DNA of 64,000 bases from Mobula hypostoma (Eukaryota), in assembly GCF_963921235.1 (NCBI RefSeq), contig NC_086110.1:13392001-13456000 (forward strand), read 5' to 3'. The notes beneath the pieces were generated by a model. It saw only the letters and a program-made list of their open reading frames with translations, was not told the origin of the DNA and searched no databases. Numbering within the stretch: position 1 is the stretch's first letter; each line of letters starts with the position of its first letter. This document shows, one piece after another, positions 40,262 to 54,960 of the stretch. A program made the position numbers and the translations under genes.

Positions 40262-43200
40262 ATCGGAAAAACATGCAGCAACCATAACGAACTACCACAG
40301 ATCTCGATGACTCTGTGATTTCAGTCTCTGAGACGACTTGACAGCACCTGTTTGGACAGTAAGCCCACATAAAGAATACGGCCCAAATGGGATACCTGCT
40401 GAGACCTAAAGAACTGTGCTGATTAATCGAAGGTACCCACCTGCTTTAAGCGGGCTGCGATTATACCCATGCTCAAGAAGAACGTGGTAACCTGCTATCG
40501 CCCTGTAGCACTTTGATCCAGAGTGACAAAGTGTTTTGAGAGATTGGTAATGTAACATATAAACTGCTGCCCTATGCGCGACTTAGATCCGCTCTGCTTT
40601 GCCTACCGTTAAGACAGACCTTCAGCAGGTGCTATTTCATTGGCTCCTCAATTACCCTGGAACATCTGGATACATCAGGATGCTTTTTTATCGACTCGTC
40701 TTGGAATGCAATACTATCATCCCCTCAAAACTAATCAGTAAGCTTGAAGCTTTGAGTGAGTTATATATGGTCCTTGTGGCTAAAGGGATCGGGGGTATGG
40801 AGGGAAGGCTGGTACAGGGTTCTGAGTTGAATGATCAGCCATGATCATACTGAATAGCGGTGCATGCTTGAAGGGCCGAATGGCCTAGTCCTGCACCTAT
40901 TTTCTATGTTTCTATGTCCGCTTGAGCAATTTGTTCTGCTATGTCTTCACTTGTAGACTGCGGTGATTGCAGACTGGCAACAGCATCTCCTCCACAATCT
41001 CCATCAGCACAGGTACTCCACAAGGCTGTGTGATCACCACCCTGCTCTGATCGATTTACACCTATGACTGCGTCGCTAAGCACAGCTCCAAAGCATATTT
41101 AAGTTTTCTGAGGGCAGCACTGTCGTAGGTGGAGACCAATAAAAGGTGGAGGTCAGTCGTAAAATCATTAGGAACCATCAGAAACAAGGGTGATGGACTG
41201 AGATTTTGGATACATACATGAAATTATGATGTAGTGGCCATGATAGAGACTTAGCCGGCGGCACGGCGGGAATGGATTCTCAATATTCCTGGATTTCAGT
41301 GCTTTGAAAGGCATAGGGAGGGAGGACAAGGGGAGGAGGGGTGGTATTACTGGTCAGGGAAACTATTACAGCTACAGAAAGGGTGGGTAATGTAGCACGA
41401 TCCTCTTTTGAGTCAGTATGGATGGAAGTCAGGAACAGGAAGGGAGCAGTTACTCGATTGGGAGTATTCCATCGGCCCCCTGGTAGCAACAGAGATACCA
41501 AGGAGCAGATTGGGAGACAGATTTAGCGGGGCAGAGTTTGATAAGTGTTTCCAGGACCGATTCCTGTCACAGTATATTGACAGGCCGACTGGGGGAATTG
41601 CATACTAGATTTAGTAATAGGTAATGGAACGGGTCAGGTCTCAGATCACTCAGTTGGTGAGCATCTGGGGGATAGTGAGCACCGCTCCCTGGCTTTAGCA
41701 TCATCATGGAAAAGGATAGAATCAGAGAGGACAGGATTTTTTTTTTAATTGCGGAAGGGCAAATTATGAGGCTATAAAGCTGGAACACGCGGGTGTGAAT
41801 TTAGATGATGTTTTTGCAAGGAAATATACTATAGACATGTGGTCGATATTTAGGGATCGCTTGCAGGATGTTAGGGATAAATTTGTCCCGGTGAGGACGA
41901 TAAAGAATAGTAGGGTGAAGGAACCATGGGTGACAAGTGAGGTGGAAGATCTAGTCAGGTAGAAGAAGGCAGCATACATGATGGTTAGGACGCAAGGATC
42001 AGATGGATCTATTGAGCAATATACGGTAGAAAGAAAGGAGCTTAAGAAGGGGATGAGGAGAGCAAGAAGGAGCATGAGGAGGCCTTAGCGAGTAAGGTGA
42101 AGGAAAACTCCAAGACATTCTTCAATTATGTGAAGAACAAATGGATGACAGGAGTGAACGTAGTACCGAACAGAGATAAAGGTGGGAAGATGTGCCTTCA
42201 GGCTGTGGGAGTGAGCGAGGTCCTCAAGGGATACTTCTCTTCGGTATTCACCAATGAGAGGGAACTTGATGACGGTAGGGACAATATGAGTGGGGTTGAT
42301 GTACTGGCGCATGATGATATTATGGGAGAGGAGGTGCTGGAGTTGTTAAAATGCATTAGGACGGATAAGTCCCCAGGGCCTGACGGAATATTGCCTCGGC
42401 TGCTCCAGGATGAGAGGGAAGAGATAGCTGAGCTTCTGGCTAGGATCTTTATGTCCCTGTTGTCCACAGGAATGGTACTGGAGGATTGGAGGGAGGCGAA
42501 TGCTGTGTCCTTGTTCAAATAAGGTAGTAGGGATAGTCCGGGTAATTATAGACCAGTGAGTCTTATGTCTGTGCTAGGAAAGCTGTTGTAAAAGATTATT
42601 AGAGATAGGATCTATGGACATTTACAGAATCATGGTCTGATCAGCGACAGTCAGCATGGCTCTTTGAAGGGCAGATCGTGTCTAACAAACATGATAGATC
42701 TCTTCGATGAGGTGACCAGGCATATAGATGAGGGTGGTGCAGTAGATGTGATCTACATGGATTTTAGTAAGGCATTTCATAAGGTTCCACACGGTAGGCC
42801 TATTCAGAAACTCAGAAGGGCTGGGATCCAGGGAAGTTTGGCCAGGTGGATTCAGATTTAGCTTGGCTGTAGAAAACAGAAGGTGGTGGTGGAGGAAGTA
42901 CATTCGGATTGGTGTGTTGTGACTAGTCGTGTCCAACAAGGATCGGTTCTGGGACATCTACGTTTCGTGATTTTTATTTATGACGTGGATGTGGGGATAG
43001 AGGGGTGGGTTGGCAAGTTTGCAGACGACACATAGATTGGTGGTGTTGTGGAATATGTTCAGGATTGTCGAAGATTGCAGAGAGACATTGATAGGATTTA
43101 GAATTTGGCTGGAAGTAGCAGATGGAGTTCAACCGGGAGAAGTGTGGGGTGGTATACTCTGGAAGGACAAACTCCAAGGCAGAATACAAAATAAATGGCA

Positions 43201-44650
43201 GTATACTTGGTAGTGTGGAGGAGAAGAGGGATCTGGAGATACATGACCACAGATCCCAGAAAGTTGCATCAGATGTAGACAGGGTAGTTTAGAAAGCTTA
43301 TGAGTTGTTAGCTTTCATAAGTCGACGGATGGAGTTTAAGAGTCGCGAGGTAATGATGTAGCTTTATAGAACTCTGGTTAGGCCATACTTGAAGTACTGT
43401 GACCAGTTCTGGTCGCCTCACTATAGGAAGGATGTGGAGGCACTAGGAAGGGTACAGAGAAGATTTACCAGGAATCTGGCTGGTTTACAGAGTATGCATT
43501 ATGATCAGAGATTAAGGGAACTCGGTATTTACTCTTTGTAGAGAGGAGGATGACAGGACACATGAAAGAGGTATACAAGATATTAAGAGGAATGGATATA
43601 GTGGACAACCAGCGCCTCTTCCCCAGGGCACCACTGCTCAATGCAAGAGGACCTGGCTTTAAGGTAAGGGGTGGAAAGTTCAAGCGGTATATTTCTGGAC
43701 GACTTTTTACTCAGAGAGAGTTTTTTGCGTGGAACGCACTGCCTAAATCAGTGGTGAAGGCAGACACAGTAGTGAAATTTAAAAGACTACTAGACCTATA
43801 TATGGAGGAATTTAAGTTTGGGTTATATAGGAGGCAGGGTTTAAGGGTCGGCACAACATTATGGGCCGAAGGGTCCGTACTGCGCTGTACTATTCTATGT
43901 TCCATGTATATAGGATGTAGATTGAAAATTTGTCTGAGTGGTGCAACAGGGGAAAAAAAATCTTACTCAATGTCAGCAAGAGCAACACGCAGATTATACG
44001 CTACAGGAAGATGAAGCCGGAGGTCCATGAACCTGTCCTCATCGGGGGATCAGAGCTAGAGACGGTTAGCCACTTTTAATTACTCAGTGTTATAATTTCA
44101 GAGGACCTTTCCTGGTTAGGATGTTAGAATGTCAGCGCACATACTTCCACAGTAGTTTGTGAAGAAATGGCGTGACATCTCTAGCTTGACGAACTGCTGT
44201 AGATATGCAATGGAGATTAGATTGAAACACCTAAGCCCCAGAACAAAAATGCCTTCAAAATGTAGTGGATACGGCCCAGCCCAACACAGATAACGTCCTC
44301 CTCCCCATTTTACACATGAGGAGGTATCGCAGGCAGCAGCATCCATCATCACGAATCCCCATCAGCCAGGTAATTCTTTCCTCTCGATACTGCCCTCAGG
44401 AAAAAGTAGAAGAGACCCTAAACTCACACCACCAAGTTCAGGAAAAGTTACTACCCCTCAACAATCAGTCCCCTGAAACAGAGGGATTAACTGCGTCGAG
44501 TTTTACATGTCCTATCTCTGAACTGTTCCCACAACCTATGTACTCACTTTCAAGGACTTCTCGTTTCATGTTCTCGATTGTTACTGCTTATATATTATTA
44601 TTATTATTATTATTATTATCATTGTTATTGTTACGCTTTATGGTATATTT
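40262..44650 (+). mobile_element. Degenerate Rex1/Babar LINE (duplicate copy 1) interrupted by CR1 inserts
   Basis: Colinear with 46205-47655 once the inserts at about 40745-40915 and 41140-43905 are removed; (att)n tail. Confidence 0.7.
41140..43905 (+). mobile_element. Degenerate CR1 LINE (EN-RT-3' end)
   Basis: ORFs 41341, 42097, 42664 and 43550 carry CR1 motifs; tail (ttctat)n. Confidence 0.88.
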
Positions 44651-46204
44651 TTCTCAGCTCAAGCTGGTGAAACCTGAGGTATGGCCGTAGCCAAACACAC
44701 TCAGTTCTCAATGGACAGGAATATTCAGACAATTCCTGTCATGCTTGGCATTGTGGTTTCTGAAGATCTATATAAATTTTGCTGTACACATCGAATTGTT
44801 TGATGATACTGTGCAGTGATTTTGGGATGATACCAGTTGTAGATATTACTATTTGGACAGTATATCCGGTTCATGTTCCAAAATCGCCCAATTTCCTTTT
44901 TTCATCCAACATATTTCCAGTGTTTTTCACTTATTGGCTTCTGTATTTTGTGCGCTTGGAATGGTTATATCTATTAAGGGCGTTGTCCTTGGTTATTCAT
45001 CCTGTAATCTATCCGCACATTTATTATGGATTGTCCTATCTCTAATACGTTTGCCTCTGCCACCCTGTGCACTGTTCTATGATGTTACACCTTGTGAAGG
45101 TCTACGTAATACAACCTCTGTTTGTCCGGAAGCCTCCTTGCTCTTTCCTCAGGCACATATCTCCAGCTACTGAATCCGTTGGAGAATGACTAAAATTTAC
45201 ACAACAATCAGATAAAACTGCAAAGGATATATGTTCTGTAATAATAGATCTACCGTAATGATATTTGGGTGATTCTGACTCTCAAACTGGACCAAGTGTA
45301 TTTCTGGTAATGTATGATTTATTTTGTCAGGTTATATTTTAAAGCAAGATTTTGGTGAATTGTGTTTACTATTTCGTTTTGCCGGTGCAAATGATGAGTT
45401 TGATTTAAATGTGTTCGATTGTTTCTGATTTTTTCCCCTTGAAATGTTCGGCAATTATCATCTTGAATGTGTTGGTTTTTAATATACTTTTACTAATTGT
45501 TGATGTGTTAACCACCGGGTCCGGCATGTTATATGAAAACGAATGGTGAAGATTGCAGGGCTGTGACACGTGGATGTTCGGATGCATGACACGCAGAAGG
45601 CTACTATGAACCTGCGTAAATAAAGTTACAAAATGTCTAGATAAAATCACTGGAAAGCAGACTATAAACAAACTATGCAAATGTAGATATAAATAAGCAG
45701 AAATAAATAAAGAGTATGACATAACGATGTTGCAGAGCCCTTAAATGAGTGTAGCTATCCCCTTTGATGAACAGCCTGATGGTTGAGGGGTTGTAACTGT
45801 CTTTGATCGTGGTGGAATGAGTCCTGAGGCATCTGTACCTTCATCCTGATGGCAGCAGCGAGAGAAGAGCATGACCTAGGTGGTGACGATCTTTGATGAT
45901 GGATGGTGCTTTTCCGCAGCAGCGTTTCATGTGGATATACTCAATGGTCGGGAGGAGTTTACCTTGATGTATTGGACCGAATCCACGACTTTTGTATGAT
46001 TTTCCGCTCAAAAGCATGGGTGTTCCTTTACCAGGCCGGAATACAGCCAGCCATCACACTTTCCACCACACATCTCTTTTTCACAGATGCCGCTTGCCCT
46101 GCTGAGTTGCTCCAGCATTTTCTGTGCGTTGCTTTGAAATCAAGTAACATAGGTAACAAAAATGCTTCGTGGCCAGGTGAGCTGGATATCTTCTATGCTT
46201 GCAG

Positions 46205-47655
46205 TGATCGATAAAACATGAAGGAACCATCACGAACTCCGACAGACCCCGATGATTCTGTGATTTCAGTCTCTGAGATGACTTGACAGAACACTGTAGG
46301 ACAGTGAACCCACGGAAAGCATTTGGCCCAGATAGGATACCTTCGAGAAATAAAGAACTGTTCTGATCAATCCAAGGTGCTCACCTGCTTTAGGCAGACT
46401 GCGACTACACCGGTGCTAAAGAAGAAAGTTATCACCTCCTATTGTCCTGTAGCACTTCGATCCAGAGTGTCAAAATGTTTTGACAGATTGGTAATATAAC
46501 ATATAGACCGCTGCCTAACACGTAACTTGGATTCGCTCTACTTTGCCTACCGTTACGATAGCTCTACAACAGGTGCTCTTTTACTGTAATATCTGGATAC
46601 ATCAGGATGCTCGTCAGCGACTAATCTTGGAATACTATCAGCCTGTCAAAAATAATCAATGAGCTTGAAGACTTTAGCTTCAATGTCCGCTTGAGCAATT
46701 TATTCTGCGATTTCCTCACTTGTTAACCCCAGTGATTACAGACTGGCAACAACATCTCCTCCACAAGCTCCATCAGCACAGGTTCCCCACAAGGCTGTGT
46801 GATCACCATCCTGCTCTGATCGATTTACACTTATATCTGTGTGGTTAAGCACAACTCCAAATACATTTAAGTTTCCTGAGGACACCACTGTCGTGGGCCC
46901 AATAAAAGGTTGCGACCAAATAGTATATAGGAGGTAGATTGAAAATCTGAATGCGTGATGCCACAACAAAAAAAAAACAAAAAAAAAACCTCTTATTCAA
47001 TGCCACAAAGAGCAACGAGCTGATTATTCACTTCAGGAAGAAGAAACCGGAAGTCCATGAGCCAGTCCTCAACGGGGGATCAGAGCTAGAGAGGGTTAGC
47101 CACTTTTAATTACTCAGTGTTATCATTTCAGAGGACCTGTCCTGGTTACAAAGATAGCATGGCAGCGCATATATTTCCTTCGGAGTTTGCTAAGAAATGG
47201 CGTGACATCTATAGCTTTGACTAACTGCAGTATATGCGCAGTGGAGATTAGATTGAAACACCTAAGCCCCAGAACGGAAATACTTTCAAAATGTAGTGGA
47301 TACAGCCCAGCCCAACACAGACAATGCCCTCTTCACCATTGAGCACACCTACATGCAGAGATGTCACAAGCAGCAGCATCCATCATCATGGACCCCAACC
47401 AGCCAGGTCATGCTTTCTTCTCGATGTCGCCCTCAGAAAAAGACACAGGATACTCTGGATTCATACCAGCAAGTTCAGGAAAAGTTATTACCCCTGAACA
47501 ATCAGGCTCCTGAAATAGAAGGATTAACTGCGTTGATTTTCACATGCCCTATCACTGAACAGTTCCCACAAACTATGTACTGACTTTCATGGATTCTTTG
47601 TTTCATGTTCTCAACTGTTATGGCATATATTATTATTATTACATTTTATTATATT
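46205..47655 (+). mobile_element. Degenerate Rex1/Babar LINE (duplicate copy 2)
   Basis: Homologous to 40262-44650; RT remnant; (att)n tail. Confidence 0.7.
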
Positions 47656-48555
47656 TATTCTCAGTTCAAGCTGCTGAAACCTGAGGTATGGCCGTAGCCA
47701 AACATAATCAGTTCCCAATCGTTAGGAATATTCGGACTATTCCAGTGATGATTAGTTTTGTGGTTTCTGAAGATCTACATAAATTTTGCTGGAAACATCG
47801 AATTGTTTGATGATACTGTGTTGTGACTTTGGGATGATACTAGATGTAGATATTACTATTTGGACAGTACATCCGGTTCATATCGCACAGTCGTTCAATT
47901 TCCTTTTTCATCCAGCATATTTCTGGTGTTTTTCAGTTATTGACTTCTAGATGCTGTGTGTGCTTGGAATGGCTACATCTATTAAGGAAGTTGTCCTTGC
48001 TTATTCATCCTGTAATCTATCCGCAAAGTTATTATGGATTGTCCTATCTCTTAATACATTCGTCTCTTCCACTCTGTGCACTGTTCTATGATGTTGCACA
48101 GTGTGACGGTCCAGTCAACACCGCCTCCGTTTCTCTTGCTCTTTCCACAAGCACACATCTCCAGCATCTGAATCTGTTCGACAACAACTAAAATTTACAC
48201 AACAGTCAGTTAAAACTTCGAAGGATATATGTTTTGTAATAATAGATAGTTCGTAGTATTATTTGTATTATTCTGACTCTAAAACTGGACCAGGCTGGTA
48301 TTTATAGTCATGTATGATTTATTTTATCAGGTTGTGTTTTAAAGTAATATTTTGTTGAACAGTGTTTGCTATTTCATTGTGCCGGTGCAAGTAATCAGAT
48401 TCAGTTAAACTGATGCAGGATTCTGTAATGCGTTCGATCGTTTCTGTTTTTTTTTCTCTCTTGAAATGTTCTACAATTATCATCTTGAATTTGTCGTTTT
48501 TTGATATATTTTTCCTAACTGCTCCTGTGTTAGCCACCTGATCCTACATATTATA

Positions 48556-51322
48556 TGATTCATTGTGTGATGACAATAACGGAGACGTGCCTCGAACAGT
48601 ATATTCCGGATGCGGCTATCGAGTTGGCGGGCCGCGCCGTTTTCAGGGCGGACAGGACTAATCACTCCGGCAGGATCAGTGGAGGGGGACTTTGTATTTA
48701 TATACATAACAGTTGGTGTACAGAAGTTACAGTTATAGATACTCACTGTTCCCCGGACACTGAATACTTGATGTTGCAGTGCAGACCTTTTTACTTGCCG
48801 AGAGAGTTTACATCGGTTGTTATAGCAGCTGTTTACATACCACCGCAGGCTAACGCTAAGCTAGCTACGGAGAAGTTAAATCACTCCATTAGCCAGTGTC
48901 TATCAGCACAACCAGACACCATTGTTATAGCAGCTGGGGACTTCAATCATACCAACTTGAAGTCTGTTTTACCTAAATTCAATCAGTATGTGAACTTCCA
49001 GACAAGAGAAAAGAACACCCTGGATCAAGTCTACTGCAATCTTCCTCACGCATATAAAGCCAGCCCTTTGCCACATTTGGGACTCTCAGACGATCTATAT
49101 CTGTCCCTCACCCCGGCATATAAACCACTCGGCTGTAGACAAAGACCATATATGAAGACAGTCAAAGTGTGGACTAAGGAGGCTACCTCTGCCCTACAAG
49201 ACTGCTTCGATAACATAGACTGGGAAGTTTTTGATGAAGGGGGAGATCTGGAAGGGCACACATCAGCTGTTCTTTCATATATACACTTTTGTCCTGAGAA
49301 TGTCATGGACATAAAGTCTCTTAAGTTGTTCCCCAACCAAAAACCTTGGTTCAATAGCATGGTGAGGATCTTGCTAAGAACACGGGATGCTGCTTTTAAA
49401 TCTGGGGATCTACGGGCCTATGGGTAGGCAAGAAGCGCCCTGAAAAGCGGCATCAGAGAGGCCAAGCGCAGATATAAACAGCGTATAGAGGAACACTTTA
49501 CCAATAACAACTCTAACTGTATGTGGCAAGGGATAAAGATTCTTCCTGGCTTCAAGGACAGCGAAGCAGTCACAAACTCCTCAGATAGGGCACTGCCAGG
49601 CACGCTGAACCAGTTCTTTTCTCGCTTTGACAGCCAGAATGGAGAAGTTGGCATCCAGTCAGCACTAACAGAGAAGGATGACCCTATACAATTACACCAA
49701 CACCAGGTCAGATCCGCCCTGCGCGGAGTCAATGCGAGGAAAGCAGCTGGCCCAGATGGAGTGACCGGAAGGATTTTTAAGGACTGCGCAGATCAACTAG
49801 CGGGAGTATTTACTACCATCTTCAACCTCTCGCTACTACAGTCTGTAGTCCCCACCTGCCTTAAATCAGCCAAATAATACCCATACCAAAGAAAAGTACA
49901 GTGAACTGCCTTAATGACCATCGCCCAGTGGCTCTAACTCCGATCATCATGAAATGTTTTGAGAGACTCATACTGTCTTATATTAAGACTGCCATACCTG
50001 TAGACCTTGATAAATACTAGTTTGTGTATCGGGCAAACAGATCGACACAGGATGCAGTCATTACAGTTCTGCACACAACCCTTACAAACCTGGATCAGGA
50101 TAACACCTATGTAAGAATGCTGTTTGTGTATTACAGCTCAGCTTTTAATACAGTCATCCCCTACAAACTGGTGCAGAAATTGAGCAACCTGGGCCTTAGC
50201 GGTTTATTGTGCTCATGGATACTGGATTTTCTGAGTAACAGACCACAAAGTGTCAGGATGGGAGAAAACACATCATCTACTCTCATCCTGAACAGCGGTG
50301 CACCACAGGGCTGTGCTCTCAGCCCCATCCTCTATTCTGTTTTCACCCGTGACTGCTCTACCATTCACTCCACCAACACCATTGTCAAATTTGCTGACAT
50401 ACCACCCTAATAGGTATCATACCAGACTGTGATGAGACAGCCTATAGGGAGGAGGTACAACATTTGACAGAATGGTGTTGTCATAATAACCTGGACTTGA
50501 ACATCACAAAAACCAAGGAGCTGATAGTAGACTTCAGGAAATCAAAGCGCGTCGAGCACTCTGCTCTGCACATATACGGGAAAGAGGTGGACAGAGTAGA
50601 GAGTTTCAAGTTCCTCGGCGTCCACATCTCGGCTGACCTCACCTGGACTGCCCATATCTCTTATCAGGTAGGGAAGGCCCAACAGAGGCTCTACTTCCTA
50701 AGGAAGCTAAAGAGCGCTCTCCTCCCTCATTACCTGCTGATCAACTTCTACCGGACAACTATAGAGAGCCTCCTGGCGTATCGCTGTGCAGTACGGTATG
50801 CCAGCTGCACAGAACAGAACAGGAAGGACTTGCGGCGGTTGGTGAGGGTAGCAGAGCGGGTTATTGGCACAACATTACCCTCCCTCAGAGACATTTATAC
50901 TGGCAGACTTCAAAAGAAGGCTACCTGTATTTCAAAGGATCCCACTCATCCTAGACATCACCTGTTTTCCACTCTGCCTTCTGGGAAGTGATACAGAGCA
51001 TTAAGGACGAAAACAAAAAGACTCCTTAACAACTTCTAACCACAAGCAGTGAAATGTAAAACACTCTGTTCCCTTCTCCTGCCCCCTCCTAAGACGGCGG
51101 TAACTAAATGCATCACATCTCCAGGAATGGCAGGTGTGCAATAGTCCTACCCCACCCCCCATCCATATATTATTAATTTTGGACTGCTCTCTTGAGGTTT
51201 TAGGGTTTATTTTATGTATATATTCTTTGTCATGCTGCAAAACGTTGAGCTGCCAAACTGTGTTTCGTTGCTCCATAACAATGACAATAAAGATAATCTA
51301 TATTCTATATTCTATATTCTAC
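48556..51322 (+). mobile_element. Rex1/Babar LINE, near-complete EN-RT ORF broken by stops and frameshifts
   Basis: TETCL, GGGLC, CRPFYLPREF, GDFN, AAGPDG, SSAFNT, GAPQGC and KFAD motifs; tail (tattcta)n. Confidence 0.9.
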
Positions 51323-51869
51323 TAATGGCGAAGATTGCAGGGCTGTGACTTGTGGATGTTCGGATGCATGATTTGCAGAAGGCTACTACGAAACTGCGTC
51401 AATAAAGTTACAAAAGGTCCAACTGCAGACTGTAGGCAAACTGTGCAAATGCAGATATAAATAAGTAGTCATAAATAACGAGTAAGACATAATAATGTAG
51501 CAGAGCCCTTAAATAAGTATAGCTCTCCCCTTTGTTGAAGAGCCTGATGTTTGAAGTGTCCTTGAACCCGGTGGTATGAGTCCTGAGGCATCTGTACCTT
51601 CATCCTGATGGCAGCAGCGAGAAACGAGTATGACCTAGGTGGTGAGGATCTTTGATGATGGATGCTGTTATTCTACAGCAGCGTTTGATGTAGATGTGCT
51701 CAGTGGTCAGGAGGAATTTACTTTGATGTACTGGACTGAATCCACGACTTTTTTTGGATTTTCAACTCAAAAGCATCGGTGTTCCCTTACCAGGCTGGAA
51801 TTCAGCCAGTCAGCACACTTTCCAAAACACATCTATAGAAGTTTGCCAAGGTTTTCGATGACATGCTGA

Positions 51870-52440
51870 ACCTCCTTAAGAAGTAGAGGCGCTGTGGTGC
51901 TTTCTTCGCTATAATATTTATATAATGAGTCCAGGACAGGCCCTCTGAGATAGAGACACCGAGGACGTTAAAGGAACTGACCCTGTCCAACTCTAATTCT
52001 CCGATTATTACTGGCTCTAGACCTCCTGAAGTTGCAATCAGTTTATTGGTCTTATCGACATTGAGTGAGAGCCTGTTGTCATTAGATCACTCAGCCAAGT
52101 TTTCAATATCCCTCCTGTATGCTGATTCATCGTCCCTTTTGATACAGCCGACAATCGAGGTGTCGTTGGGAAACTTGTATATTCTGTTGGAACTGTACTT
52201 AGCTGCACAGATATTAGTGTAAAGCCAGTGGAGCAGGAGGCTAAGTATGCATCCCTGTGATGCTCATTTGATGCTGGAGATTGTGGAGGAGATATTTTTG
52301 CAATCCAAACTAACACTATTGCTGGAGTCTACAAGTGACGAAATCCAGGATTCAATTGCACAAGGGCGTATCGAGGGCCAGTTGTTAGAGTTTACTGTTT
52401 GGTTTTGCTGGAATGATGGTGTTAAATGCCAAGCTGTAAT
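51870..52440 (-). mobile_element. Rex1/L2-clade RT fragment
   Basis: Minus-strand QRLYFLRR and degenerate KFPNDT motifs. Confidence 0.6.
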
Positions 52441-53589
52441 ATAAATCTCCGGAAAATAAATATAAACGAGGGAGGTAAGACTGCAGTTGAGTAGACCCGA
52501 GGCATCACGTCTTGTGTACTGAGCACAGTATTAGTGTGCTAATTTACAGTATTACTCTCTTATCAGGAAGGAAATACAGCAGCCTTAGGTCCCAGACCAC
52601 CAGGTTTAGGAACAATGTTTACCTTCAGCCATCAGACCTCTGAACCAACGTGGATAATTTCACTCTTCTCAATACTGAACAAGCGATGGACTTGCTTTCA
52701 GTTACCTTACAACAAATGTTATTAACATATTTCCTTACCTAATTATTTATGATTATTACAATTTTTTGTATTTGCACAGTTTGTCTTCTTATACACATCG
52801 GTTGTTCGTCAGTCTTTGTCGGCATTGATTTTATTGATTTTCATTGATTTTATTCCATTTTGTTGCGCTGCGAAGAAAATGAGTATCGGAGTAATAAATG
52901 GTGATACATATCTACTTTGATATTAACTTTACTTTGCACGCTGAACTTTCAGGAATTGTGTAAACACATTGGAAACAGTTCTGCGTGATAGTATAGAAAA
53001 ATGATCCGTAGACGGGCGAGTACTCAGATAAAGCATGTTGGCCCGGCTACATTTGCCTCCGCTGAAATTGAGAAAAGTAAAGTGGTATTGATTCATATGT
53101 ATTTGATCTTGAAGAGTCTAAAAGGGGTAGCTATGAAAAGCTTACAAGCTCATGATAGGACAAATAAATTACTCTCAGTGTTTCGAGTCTTTGGATCATT
53201 CTTCCCGAAACAAAACATATAAAGCTAATTTTGGGTCATTTTAAGGTGGACGATATAATCTGCTCAAGAAGCAAGAAGTCTAAATTACTGTGAGTGGGCG
53301 GGGTATGAATTTGATGTTGCCGTCATATCAGTCACAATTTTATTGAATGGCCAAGCATGTCGAGTTCCCAAGTGTCCGACTTCTACTATGCTGTTTTCCC
53401 AGTAGTCTGCAGACTGTTAAATTTTCAGTTACGTCTTTGAAATCGCCTTCCTATTCGCAGGTAAACTCCTTTCTCTTTTGAGTCACCTCCAACATTTCAC
53501 TGCAGCCAGGCACATTGAACAGGCCCGAATTTCGCCTCAATGCCAAAACTGCATGGTATTCTATTGCCGGCATTGTTCGAATAATTGAT

Positions 53590-54135
53590 ATATACTCATT
53601 GGCTATTTTATAAGGTGCACTTGCATACCTACTCGTTAATGCAAATATCTAGTCAGGCATATATGTGGTATCAAAGCAATGCATAATAGCCCATAGACAT
53701 GGCCAAGAAGTGCAGTTGTTGTTCGGACGAAACATCAGAATGGGGAAGAAACGCAAGCTAAGAGACTTTGACCGTGGAATGATTCTTGGTGCCAGACGGG
53801 GTGATTTGGTATCTCAGAAACCGTTGATCGGCTGAGAACTTCATGTACAACAGTCTCTAAAATTTAAAGAGAGTGGTACGAAAGAACACGAAAAAAGAAA
53901 ACATCAAGTGAGCGACAGTTCTTTGAGCGAAAACTCATTGTGAAGGAGAGAGACCAGAGCAGACTGGCTAGACTGGTTCATGCTGACAGGAAGGCGACAT
54001 TAAACACGTGTTACAGCAATGGTGCGCAGACGAGTATCTCTGAAAGCACAAAACGTCGAATCTTGAAGTAGATGGGCTGCAACAGCAAAAGATCACGAAC
54101 ATACAGAAATACACTCAGTGGCCACTTTACTGGAT
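53590..54135 (+). mobile_element. Tc1-like DNA transposon remnant
   Basis: N-terminus MGKK...DFDRGMILGARR; terminal repeat cactcagtggccacttta at about 54113. Confidence 0.7.
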
Positions 54136-54639
54136 ACTTCATGTAGTTAATAAATTTGTCACTACGATTATTGTCTCTCTGCATGAGAATTCTTTTCCTC
54201 TACTGAAAGCATGTTCTCTACATGATCGGCAGACTTCACCGGGGGGAACACCTTTTCATACGCATGTTATTGAGTTACTCATTGGTCAGTTGCTACCTGA
54301 AGGCCATTACTTTTTAACAGTGAGGGATATGAACAAATTAGGTCACTTTCCATTCCAAGATTAGGAATCGTGGTCCTGGATTTTATTTTCAGAAAACGTG
54401 GACAGTTTATTTTACTGATGGAACCAGGGATGCAACTTGAATTTTCCTGCTCCATTACAGCATGTGTCGATTATTCAAGAACAGTGCATGTTTCTCACAG
54501 TTTGGTTGTCTCGCTTTTGCTCTTTAGTTTGTGCTATTGTAGTGCAATGCACAGCAGAACTCCAGTAACGGCTACTCATTTGCTTGCATCTTCTGAAAAA
54601 GCGCTATTTCCATCTTTAATATCTCTTTTTACCCTTTTT

Positions 54640-54960
54640 AGGGTTCCTTTGAAGACCCTGACTTGGAGTTACACGCGGACTTCGGAAGTGCAGTTGAACT
54701 CTTTGAGTGATTATGCAGAAAGTTTGAAGTTTACAGCTCATCTCCTTCCACCTCAGGCCACGAAATCGTCAATCACCCCTGTTGTGGACCACTTTCTGGA
54801 GGTCCTAACGCAGACTTCTACATAGGAGGGATCCGTATGCTCCAAGACTGCTGGACTAAGTGCCTAAATGTAGCAGGGGACTATGTTGAAAAATAAACGT
54901 GCTAGGTTTTCTAAAATTTACTCCGTCTATCTTCGTCCACAAACTTCTCAATCACCCTTT
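54640..54960. mobile_element. Mariner remnant(s)
   Basis: Plus-strand C-terminus DFYIGGIRMLQDCWTKCLNVAGDYVEK* and a mariner-like terminal sequence at about 54740-54780. Confidence 0.6.

Larger units (their letters stand above)
40262..51845 (+). repeat. Direct tandem duplication (about 40262-46060 vs about 46205-51845)
   Basis: Unique segment 44655-45530 matches 47660-48555; colinear flanks; copy-specific LINE inserts. Confidence 0.85.

Noticed and set aside
54370-54825. 151-aa ORF with a leader-like hydrophobic stretch
   Set aside because: No ATG start or domain motif; the 3' part overlaps mariner remnants
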